Translations under genes and position numbers: made by a program
DNA from: Chlorokybus atmophyticus
Taxonomy: Eukaryota; Plantae; Mesostigma and Chlorokybus algae
NCBI GenBank assembly: GCA_009103225.1
Contig: RHPI01001168.1
Coordinates: forward strand, 16,222-80,221
Length of the DNA: 64,000 nt
Direction of reading: 5' to 3'
In this document: piece after piece, positions 10,801 to 19,533 of the stretch
Layout of the letters: each line of letters starts with the position of its first letter
Position numbering within the stretch: the stretch's first letter is position 1
Notes under the pieces: generated by a model
What the model was told of the DNA's origin: nothing
What the model saw: only the letters and a program-made list of their open reading frames with translations
Database searches by the model: none

Positions 10801-11699
10801 CGAAACTTGCTCTACAGCAAGCATTCTCAGTTCGTGATCTTGGAGAGGCCAAGTGGTTCCTTGGCATGGTGATTGAGCGCGACAGGGCGGCTCGCACAAT
10901 CAAGATCAGTCAGGAGCAGATGGTGAGAAGACTCGTCACCAAGTTTGGGCTCACTGAAGCGAAGACCAAGACCACACCGTTGGCACTTGGCACTGCCCTC
11001 ATCAAGGCAAAGGATGAGGAGGTACTCGACAAGGCTCAGTATCCATATGGTGAGCTGGTAGGCAGCATGCTCTATCTGGCAGTGTGCACACGTCCCGATG
11101 TTGCACATGCTGTGGGAGTACTTGCTCGCTACATGTCTGCACCGAGCATGGAGCACTGGAGAGCAGCAAAGGGAGTACTACGCTATGTTGCTGGGAGCGC
11201 AACAGTTGGCATCAAGTTTGGGAGCGGTAGCACGGAGTTGGAGGGCTACTGCGACTCGGACTTTGCTGGTGACCTCAACAGCAGGAGGTCCACTACAGGC
11301 TACGTCTTCAAGCTGAACGGAGGCGTGGTGAGCTGGAACAGCAGGCTGCAGCCAACAACAGCAGCATCTACATCAGAGGCTGAGTACATGGCAGCGGCAG
11401 CAGCAGTGAAGGAGGCACTCTGGCTTCGCAAGCTCATGGCAGACTTGGAGCACCCCATGGCGTGCATCGTCATCAACTGTGACAACCAAGGAGCCATCAA
11501 GTTGTTGAAGCACCCTATCGCCTCGGCAAGGATGAAGCACATTGATGTCATGCATCACTTTGTGCGTGACAGAGTCACAAGAAAGGAGGTGGAGTTCCAG
11601 TACTGCAACACCGAACGCATGCTGGCGGACTTCATGACAAAGCCATTGTCACCACTCAAGTTCAAGACTTGTTGTGCAGGACTTGGCATCTGTGTTTGA
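7812..11699 (+). CDS. Copia Gag-Pol polyprotein (Gag, protease, integrase, reverse transcriptase, RNase H) in one ORF
   Basis: Motifs in order: CHWCGWKGHIVKDC zinc knuckle; WVVDSGC protease; WHRRFGH...CEPC; integrase YMDVCGP, RSDRGGEY and PQQNGAAER; RT KARLVAKGF, LDVKTAFL and LVYVDDII; RNase H YCDSDFAGD, SEAEY, CDNQ and ADFMTK. The ORF opens at 7728 and the first ATG is at 7812. Confidence 0.97.
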   Translation: MEATYDKGQIAKLDTDNYNTWCVEMKALLIHKKVWKYVDPKAPPPTPGANTVWSEHSAEAHSLLVLNSKPHHFPMLTACEDGRQAWEKLSAVFRAKNNARKLHLRKQLSALRKEAAEPITKYVARARELWADLINVGHNMGETEVVLAIVAGLPAEYEVVATLLETSSSELTLDDVLPKLLTVEQRVVKKDEQADAVAFYTGKHAKKSNHEEKYKGNKPGNPRHKDLTCHWCGWKGHIVKDCRKKQQGQPRASTSNSGNEHQHKEKHVAFTASSSRAGTAFWVVDSGCDRHLTPNKEVMEGYKKLTSTIKVAGFGGEVLVAEGVGDVRLQCKVGNTLREVLLRNVLHVPKAIASLFSVRVAERLGAEILFRKGGCSVILDGVVHMVGIADPGGLYHVEQPQDRDIQAMVVKDKESPTLWHRRFGHLSYVNLTRLVAEKMVKGIHLSTEELKNASGALCEPCLVAKQHAMPFPSSSSSSQHPCELVYMDVCGPMRIVAKGGVRYFATFLDDYSKLSIIFPLTLKSEVAGAVRTVVALLETQSGNKMKAMRSDRGGEYINKELKEFFASKGIRHETTAPYTPQQNGAAERLNRTLLERVRAMLNDTKMEDSMWKEAVLTANYIRNRSPVSSEQKTPWEHFYGATPDVSGMRVFGCTAYALVPKQLRHKLEPVSKKGIFVGYEPGSKAYRILLEDTQKIIVSREVVFHEGLSQPEAGFFPEDEAQPEHPETVEATGKAIIDDKGEQDSTVADKQSHLQQEHAARRYPVRERKAPDFLHKAHVASVQNEEPSTYEEALLAPNAEQWQRAMDEEIASLHANNTWSLEQLPQGVKTIPVKWVFKVKRDGQGNIERYKARLVAKGFLQQEGVDFNEVFAPASKHTTFRALLAMVAAEDLELHHLDVKTAFLYGELEEEIFIEQPPGYEEGERGTACKLIKALYGLRQAPRMWHIKLTKELEALGFTASSADPGLFIHADNKVWLLVYVDDIIITARQVHHLQETKLALQQAFSVRDLGEAKWFLGMVIERDRAARTIKISQEQMVRRLVTKFGLTEAKTKTTPLALGTALIKAKDEEVLDKAQYPYGELVGSMLYLAVCTRPDVAHAVGVLARYMSAPSMEHWRAAKGVLRYVAGSATVGIKFGSGSTELEGYCDSDFAGDLNSRRSTTGYVFKLNGGVVSWNSRLQPTTAASTSEAEYMAAAAAVKEALWLRKLMADLEHPMACIVINCDNQGAIKLLKHPIASARMKHIDVMHHFVRDRVTRKEVEFQYCNTERMLADFMTKPLSPLKFKTCCAGLGICV

Positions 11700-11732
11700 C
11701 TACAGGAGCAAGCGTTGGAGGTCAAGCTGCTC

Positions 11733-11741
11733 GCGTGGGAG
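11733..11741 (+). other. Polypurine tract (degenerate)
   Basis: GCGTGGGAG directly precedes the 3' LTR. Confidence 0.6.
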
Positions 11742-12165
11742 TGTTGAGAGTATCCCTACATACGATCAGCATCGACCCTCCACACAGGAGTAGAAGGTCG
11801 TAAGGACGAGCACTAGGTCCGGACTTAGCAAGATGGCATCGTCGGACCAGACTCCGGACTCCAGACTGGAGCCTTACTAACTGCTTCGTATCTCCGCGTA
11901 TACTTACTCATATTGGGCGTGTAAGAGCTTGTTGGAAAGCTCTGGTTGTAAGAAAGACAACGCAACTTAGAGCGCGTCAAAAGGCTGAGTATAGCTTATG
12001 CAGTGCTTGCAAACGTAGACGTGTGTGTAACTGGCTGGTATAAGAAACAGCGGACAACTTGTAATAGATGAATGTGATGTGACTTGTGTATGCTCTGGTG
12101 GCGGTAGCTCTGTCCGTGTGCATCCATGCTTGCCTCAACTACATGTGCATGCTAGTCCTTCAACA
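11742..12165 (+). repeat. 3' LTR
   Basis: Near-identical copy of 7261-7684, followed by the TSD CGAGT. Confidence 0.97.
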
Positions 12166-12363
12166 CGAGTCACAAAATCGAACTACAAGCCTTGGCAAGT
12201 GACTGAGAGACACTGCACACATTTCAGGTACATTTACACAGCACAGGCACATAACAATGCTGGAAGTCAGTGACAATCGCGTGTAGTCAAGCTATGCAAA
12301 TACATATGACGACAGTTAGGCATTAGTCACCTTCAGTTGTTAAAGAATGCATTATTTGTCGAT

Positions 12364-12690
12364 AATTACCTAGTTGGTGCTTGTTAATTAGGCTTAGTCG
12401 CCTGCGCTGGACTGGTGTGTAACCTGCAGGTGCCTGTCACATAGGCTGAGTCACCTAAGTAAGACTAATGTGTAACTACAGGTGCCCGTTGATTAGTTGT
12501 AGTCACCTAATAAGGCCTGATGTGTAACTAACAGTTGCCTGTAAATTACACAAAGTCATTTGTTGAGGCCTGGTGTGTGACTAACAGGTGCCTGTTAATT
12601 ATATAAAGTCACATGTTAAGGCCTGACAGATAGCTGACAGGCGCCTGTTAGTTAGGCATAGTCAACTGTTAAAGACTAAATTGTAACAAA
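12364..12690. repeat. Degenerate tandem repeat, about 53-bp period, about 6 units
   Basis: GTGTAAC...CAGGTGCCTGT...AGTCA...AGGCCTG recurs at 12417, 12470, 12522, 12575 and 12628. Confidence 0.8.
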
Positions 12691-12847
12691 AAGGGCCTGA
12701 TAGTAACGGAAGTTACTATTAAGTCCCTATAATCAAGATTACAGGTGGCCTAAGCCACGATAGTCTAAATTAGTGTCCTCAGGTGCACGGCCGTTGCCAA
12801 TATTTAATCGGCCGGCAGGGAAACCATATTGCGACGTAGTTAGCAGT

Positions 12848-13070
12848 CATTGCTGCAATTGGCTGATTGCACACTTGCATACATGCGTGTACATGCATAC
12901 ATTTACACACAGTGGCATACACTTGCTGCTCGTGCTCTTTTGCTGCAATTGGTATGCATGCGTGTACGTGCATACACTTGCACACACTTGCATACACGTG
13001 CTGGTGGTAGTCTCTTGCTGCAATGCTACTTGCACACTAGTGTACATGCGTGTACACTTGCATGTATTGA
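12848..13070. repeat. Low-complexity degenerate repeat (three TTGCTGCAAT-led units rich in CATACA/TGCA)
   Basis: TTGCTGCAAT occurs near 12850, 12941 and 13016, each followed by similar text. Confidence 0.55.
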
Positions 13071-13104
13071 CTAGTTGATGCTGATGCTGTATTAACATTC
13101 TCAG

Positions 13105-14561
13105 AAGCGCAATGCAAAGGTTGACATCACAGACGCCATACTGACTACACAAGCCATCAAGCTTAGAGATGAGATGGACATTGACGAGGCAGCGTTCAAG
13201 GCATCCCCTGGCTGGTTGAACAAGTTTAAGAAAAGGTAAGACATTGGACGGGTAGCTACCTTGTGTATCATTGCGACTTGATTGAGCATACTGTGGTGTT
13301 TAGGCATGGCATCAGATGCTTCAAATACCAAGGCGAATCCGCCGATGCCGACGAGGAAGGAGGTAAGGGCGCGTACGAAGTTGCCGCTAGTACTGGACGA
13401 GCTTGAGGCGACGCCAGGAACCACATACAACTTTGATAAGGGTGGACTGCAAGTGTGACAACCACCAGACCGCACGGTGGCTATTAGCAGGCTACTAGTA
13501 GTACTGAAGCAGTGTGAGGCCGCAAGAAATGCAACGAGCGTGTCACGCGTAGCTTTATTGTGAACGTAGATGGCACCAACAAGCAGCGCATGGTCTTCAT
13601 TCACAAGTAAGCAAAACCACGTTGCCTTCGATCCACTTAAGTTTGTGGGCTACTACAACAACGCCTCTGCATGGATGACTACCAAGTTCTTCTTGCATTG
13701 GGTGAAGAAGCTAAATGCTCGCACATCAATGGCGGGGAAGCATATTGTGCTGCTGCTGGACAATGCGTCCAGTCACATTTTGCCGGATGCTCATGTTGAA
13801 AAAGGGGAGCTTCATGGGTTGAATGAAATATTGGGAAGCTTACGCATGTGACGCTGGTGTACCTCCCAACACCACCTCCAAAGTCCAGCCTTTGGATCAA
13901 GGCATAATAGCTTGCTTTAAGGTTCGTTACAGGAAGTTGCTGGTGGAGTGGCTGCTGTCAGAGACTGATGACCTACCACCCAAGTCTCAAATCTCAAAGC
14001 CAACCGTTGATGTGACATCAAGCAAGCTTTGTATTGGGCGGTGAGTGCATGGGAATTAGTGGAGCCACAAATCATTCGCAACTGCTGGAGAAAGGCAGGG
14101 ATCCTTCCATCATCATGGGATGTCGACATCCGTGAAGCCGACGAGCGCTTTGCAACACGCTTGGAGGAGCACGATGCTGATGAGCTTGCATCTCTCTTGG
14201 TCGCCTTTACATAAAAGACAAGATGACCATGGAAGAGTATGGCAACTTGGTTAAAGAATATGAGGTTGAGGCGGAGTTGAGCGTGGAGGAGCTGGTGGAG
14301 TTGATTACAGAGCCTGGCTCCCCAATGGAGGACGACAATCCCGACGACGTTGATGTTGATAACATCCCCCCGCCATGTGTTCCATTACAAGAAGCTCGCT
14401 TGATAGCTAGTCGGATGCAAGTGTTTATTGACAACAATGCATTCACATTCACACCTCGCAATGCTCTAAACATGCAACGAATCATCGCCAAGACGTTGCG
14501 CGCATCGGCCGTTAACACAAAGCGCACGCGACAAGCGAACCTTCGGTCATATGTTGCTTAG
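13105..14561 (+). pseudogene. Decayed pogo/Tigger-family (Tc1/mariner superfamily) transposase with CENP-B HTH and DDE_1 domains
   Basis: FKASPGWLNKFKKR|HGI (HTH with an intron), YNFDKGG, NERVT...NVDGTNKQ...AKPRC, AWMT..FF.HW, VLLLDNASSH, PPNTTSKVQPLDQGIIACFKVRYR and IRNCWRKAGIL. Several stops and frameshifts. Confidence 0.9.
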
Positions 14562-14691
14562 CGGAGCTGATTGTGTGTATGTATTGCTGGGAAGTATTGT
14601 AATGAAGGCATCCGATGTGAGTCACACGCACATGTTCAGGATCTTGACATGCTTGCACTTGACACATATAAATGCTGAGTTTGTATGCACA

Positions 14692-14890
14692 CCTCGATGT
14701 AGTGAGTAGTAGTCACTACATAGAGGATAGCCTAGCAGCAGGCTCATACCTCGTTATAACGACAGACTGTCATTACATCACTATAATGCGCTACAGTGAC
14801 ACTTGGTCACTACATTGAAGGAATGACAACTCTGTGTAGTGACATAATCTCTTGAAACATCCGTGGTCACTACATCGAGGGTAGACTGTA
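14692..14890. mobile_element. Probable right end of the pogo element: terminal repeat with TA, plus subterminal motif copies
   Basis: The minus strand reads TA|CAGTCTACCCTCGATGTAGTGAC from 14890. GTCACTACAT / ATGTAGTGA copies occur at about 14697, 14710, 14807, 14835 and 14866. Confidence 0.6.
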
Positions 14891-15418
14891 TGTCGATACC
14901 TTCCCGCGTAGGCCGTCGACGGCGACGCACGTAGGCATGGCAGTGCTCGTCGACGTCGCTGCATGGGTCTTTGTGACAACTGTTTGGGTAGAAAGTTGGG
15001 CGGGATGGCACGTTGTGATATTCCAAGAGTGTGCCGGTGCAGTGCGGTCGGTGTAGGCCCAATTGTACGGTCCTCACTTAGTGTGTAGCGGGAACCACCG
15101 GAATGGCCTGCTTTTTGCCGGCGGGGACAAACAGAGCAAACCCTAACTTGAGCGAAACAATGCACCCACGCGTCGACATCGACACACGCCGTCATCAGGA
15201 AAAATGGTTTTTGTGTGTCCACATCGACGAACACTCTGCGACAACGTAAACACAGGCGCTATAATGTGGATTTTCTCGAGTTAATCGTTTGCGAATGGAA
15301 GCTGCTCGGTACACCGACTGACCCACCTCAATTGAATACCAAGTTTGTGTTGCACATGACATCGTGTACCGTATTTACCCGTTCACAGTGCCCCTTCCAA
15401 CATATCATATTTGTGCGA

Positions 15419-15423
<5 letters not shown>

Positions 15424-15509
<86 letters not shown>
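15424..15509. repeat. Poly-C tract
   Basis: 86 consecutive C followed by one N. Confidence 0.8.
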
Positions 15510-17604
15510 NGTATCCGATCGCATGTAATGTAATCCAGCATGGAAACTGCGTAATACAATCGTAACTAAAGTGTAGCTTACTGCATTTAATGCGTAACCC
15601 TAAAGCAGGGGGGCATTGTATACGAGAACGGGGCATATACAGCCTAATTGTGTGCCCCCCTTAAAAATCCAGCGGGGTAATTCTAATACGGGCACTCGGA
15701 TTGGGTAAATTCGATAGGCAGCAATGCTTTAATCGATGGCTATGGAATCATAGACTATCGTAGTGCCACGAAATCTTTGTAAAAGGCGCCGACTATTTGC
15801 TTTATTTTTCGTCAAAACCCCGCCAACCTATGCAATTGACTTAAAAGTATTTACAATGCAAAAGTCTGACCACCGGTTAGTTGGTAAAAATTACGTAAAG
15901 TATCATCGCCAAGTTATTATGTGTGTGTGTGTGTGTGTGTATGTCATGGCACTACGGTATCCTTTCAGACATGATATGTGATCAACCGACCATGAGGTAC
16001 CATATTTGTGCAAATCTCCCCCCCCCCCCCCCCCCCCCCNNNNNNNNNNNNNNNNNNNNNNNNNNNNNNNNNNNNNNNNNNNNNNNNNNNNNNNNNNNNN
16101 NNNNNNNNNNNNNNNNNNNNNNNNNNNNNNNNNNNNNNNNNNNNNNNNGGGGGGGGGGGGGGGGGGGGCTTTGTTTGTAAAAGGGGGTTGTACTCCACAA
16201 ATACGGCAGCATAGCATCAAAGCGTGAGTGCATTTATTTAAACAATGTGCTACGCCGCTCAAGTACTGCCTTGACATACTATATTAATAATACAAGAGGG
16301 TACTTGTTTGTCAATGCATAATGTAAATTATGTGTGTTACCATAGCTCATGGGTTTTGTGTGTGAAGACATGAACAAAGAAGATACCGCTATGATAATAT
16401 TAAGCTTCAGCCCTGAAGCTTAATCCTGAATAAGACCGTATCTTGCATCGGTGTAGGATACGGTTTTATTTGCGTATGTTATAACGTGCATTTGTGAGCT
16501 AGCTCAATACTCATAGTATGAGTACTTGTACTGCATGTTATGAATGATTTATCATATATAAGGTGGATAGACGTATACAATCTATGTTATATAGTTATAT
16601 TCCATTATAAGTTTGATTATGTTGTATTAGTTAGCAATCATTACAAAATACCATATTTTCATTTATTCATTTCACCATTCCCTCCATGATGTGGTTAATT
16701 GCAGTACAAATCTTTGGGAACATACTTCCTTGTAAAAGGAACGTATCTTATTAGATTGAAAAGGCATTAATTGATGCCTTTCAAACAATGGCACACGCAA
16801 ATTTGAGGTATGCGATAAGAAAACGGATTAGAGTAATAATGTAATCAGTAAATTTATCAATTTCATGATTGAAACCATGGCCACATTTTTAAACAAGGAT
16901 CATAAATGACCATTTGATCATAACACATCACAATAAATAAACACAGGTGTGCACTATTCAGATAGTCATTAACACTCGCAACTTACCGAGTGCGACGTTG
17001 CTTACTATTTGACATGACGGACGGCATTTCTTTATTGCTTTGTCGCAAACATGATGTGTTGCATAACATTGCACAAAGTGCATTGCAGCAATGCACTTTC
17101 AACCCTGGACCCCACTTAAGTTGGATGCCTCTGTGCGTGATCTTTAAATGTCAGACTTCAACGACTTTGAAGTGCCAAGCTATATGTCATCATGTAAAGG
17201 GGCCACAAAACCAGGAGCAATGCACCGATTCACAGAGCAGGCACACCTCAGCACGGAGTCAACAAGGCCAACATGCCAACAACGCCAACTTGCCAACTTG
17301 AACAAGGGGCCTGGGTCCTATGTGCAAGAACTACCATATCATTCAAAGGTATCAGCAAAGCCTGCATGCATCTGCACAACGAGCGCCCTAACGCTGTCGT
17401 CAACGTTGCCGGCAACGCTGCCCCCGCAGGATCTCTGACTGAATCTCACTTTGGTAACGCACGCTTGTTGACAGCACTGTGTTGGGCCGAGCAGCAACAG
17501 CAGCGGCGAATGCATGTGCAGTGCGCTTGTTTGCGGTGTGTGCATGCGCATGCCTGAGCTGAAGACGGCAATAGCACCCACACCACACCCACACCCACAC
17601 TGTC

Positions 17605-19533
17605 ATGGCGCAACGGGGCGGCCGAATGGCTAGCCACCAGGATGAGCAGGAGCAGCAGAAGCAGGACGTAGGCGACGCAAAGCAGCCTGGCGGCGAGGAG
17701 ATTCTGCACACTCCGGTTGGGCAGCTCAAGGTTCTGGAGAGAGGCCATGTGTTCTTCTTCTACAAGCCCAAGGTAGGTAGGTAGGCCGAAGCCTAGAGCT
17801 TGACGCGCAAAGTGAGCTTAAGACGGTTTGAGAGCTCTTCCACTGCATGCATGCTTCTGTGCACAGGTTCAGCAGGAGAACCCCCGCAGCGTGGACGACA
17901 TTCAGCGGCTCTACATCATATTAAGGCCCATGCCTGTTGAAGCTAAGGAGGGAGAGGTGGCCAAGAGTGCCGACGACGCCAGGGAAAAGGTTTCAGACGT
18001 CAAAGAGGCTCAGGTGGGCCTGTGGCGTTGTAAGGTGCATGCATGCCGGTTGCGTTTGGTGGGTTGTATGTAACAAAGCAAGCGTTGCAATATCAAAAGA
18101 AAGTGTGCCATGCATGCAGCCCGTGCATACAGGTTCGCTGTGCTTATTTCGTGCTGGCGTTACTGTTGTTTTGCGAAGTCTACGCAGCTTGTTGGGGTGT
18201 GATGTGCTGTTGAGAGTGCGGTTGGTGCGTCGACAGCATGATGCTGGGGAGCAGCCGGAGCCAGACGCTAAAAAGCAGAAGACGGACAAGGCTGATACCA
18301 GTGATGCCACCGAAGTTATTGAGAAAAGCGACAAAGCTGTCCTGCGCGTGATTGCCATCGGCAAGAAGGTTGTGCTTGTGTGAGAGGACTCAGTACGTGT
18401 CATTGTTTAGCAAAGAGTATTGTAGCACAGCAGTTGCACTTTGCTTGCACCTACCAACTCACCATTGACAAAGCGGCTCTCAAGGTTGATAAGCAGAGTT
18501 TTCATGTTGTCGCCGACTCTGCATTGATGATGTTGATGCCTGCAGGTGCTGCCTGAGCCTGGCAGGCGCGAGAGGTTGTGGGGTTTCGTGGAGTTGGTCA
18601 CAACAAAGGCGGACACCGTGAAGGAGCACCTCAGCGGTAAAGAGTACGACACTGCTACACGCGGGCATAGACACCAGTGAGTGGCAAGTACAAGTAGAGC
18701 GTTCTTGTTCAGCTTTACGAATTGTTTTGGTGAATTGTGATATCACGCAGGCCTGCTGCGCGGGGTGCTGGTGAGGGCATCTATCGTATTGTCAGGCACC
18801 AAAAGAAGGGCCGTTGTGACACGCACTTTGTATACGCACTTGAAGTGCCGAAGGTGAGAGGCTGTAGCTCTGTCAATCAGTTGCCTTGGCTGGCTGTGCT
18901 GTGCAGCATTATTCACAGAAACTGTGTGACAAAGTAGGAACCCGGGGACGTACAGCGCGAGTTGCGTATTCAAAAGGAAGGCAGCTTTGTCATGCTGGTA
19001 CAGTTATTGCAAATGTCAAAGCGCTTTTGTGCGGCATCCATATCACGTGATGGGTTTCCCTGCTTATGGCTTTGCATGATGGTGATATGCACTTAGCTGA
19101 GTTGCACTGCTGCAGGTGAAGAACCCTACCGCGCAAACTGCGCCCTCCTGGTCACGCCCAGCTGTACTTGACCCTGCGCAGCAACCCAAGTTCCCAAAAC
19201 ACCTGCTGGACGTCATCGGCGACCGCCGCTTCATTGTGAGCTCTCAGTCTGCCAGGAGTATGGGCTGGCACGTTCTCGCATAACAAAAAGCATGCTGACT
19301 GTGATCCTGGTGTGCAGCCTCTTGAGCCGGTGGAGTTTCTCAACTACGAGGGCTGTGAGCTGGTGTTTATTGGAGCGTCGCATGATGTGAGTTCCGAGTT
19401 GGGCATGGAACTGAAGCCTGATGATGAAGACCCCGAGCACCGAGAGAGCCTGGACCTGATCCAGACTCTGCAGCTCCTTGAGGACGACCGCGGACTCCCC
19501 ATGCAACCTCTCATGGAAGGCGAATGGAAGTGA
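17605..19533 (+). CDS. Conserved hypothetical protein of a family recalled from bacteria and fungi; multi-exon
   Basis: Exons read LERGHVFFFYKPK | VQQENPRSVDDIQRLYIILRP ... LRVIAIGKK | VLPEPGRRERLWGFVE ... YDTATRGHRHQ | PAARGAGEGIY...THFVYALEVPK | EPGDVQRELRIQKEGSFVML | VKNP... | PLEPVEFLNYEGCELVFIGA...GEWK*. Canonical GT-AG junctions. Confidence 0.8.

Larger units (their letters stand above)
7261..12165 (+). mobile_element. Complete Ty1/copia LTR retrotransposon
   Basis: Two 424-bp LTRs with TG...CA ends, a 5-bp TSD CGAGT at 7256-7260 and 12166-12170, a PBS after the 5' LTR, a purine-rich tract before the 3' LTR, and an intact gag-pol ORF in copia domain order. Confidence 0.98.

Noticed and set aside
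8024-11558. Antisense and alternative-frame ORFs inside the copia ORF and the host genes
   Set aside because: Expected shadows of real coding sequence and of CA/TG-rich introns.
12364-12690. CRISPR-like array
   Set aside because: Whole units are degenerate copies with no constant repeat and unique spacer structure. The context is eukaryotic with no cas genes.
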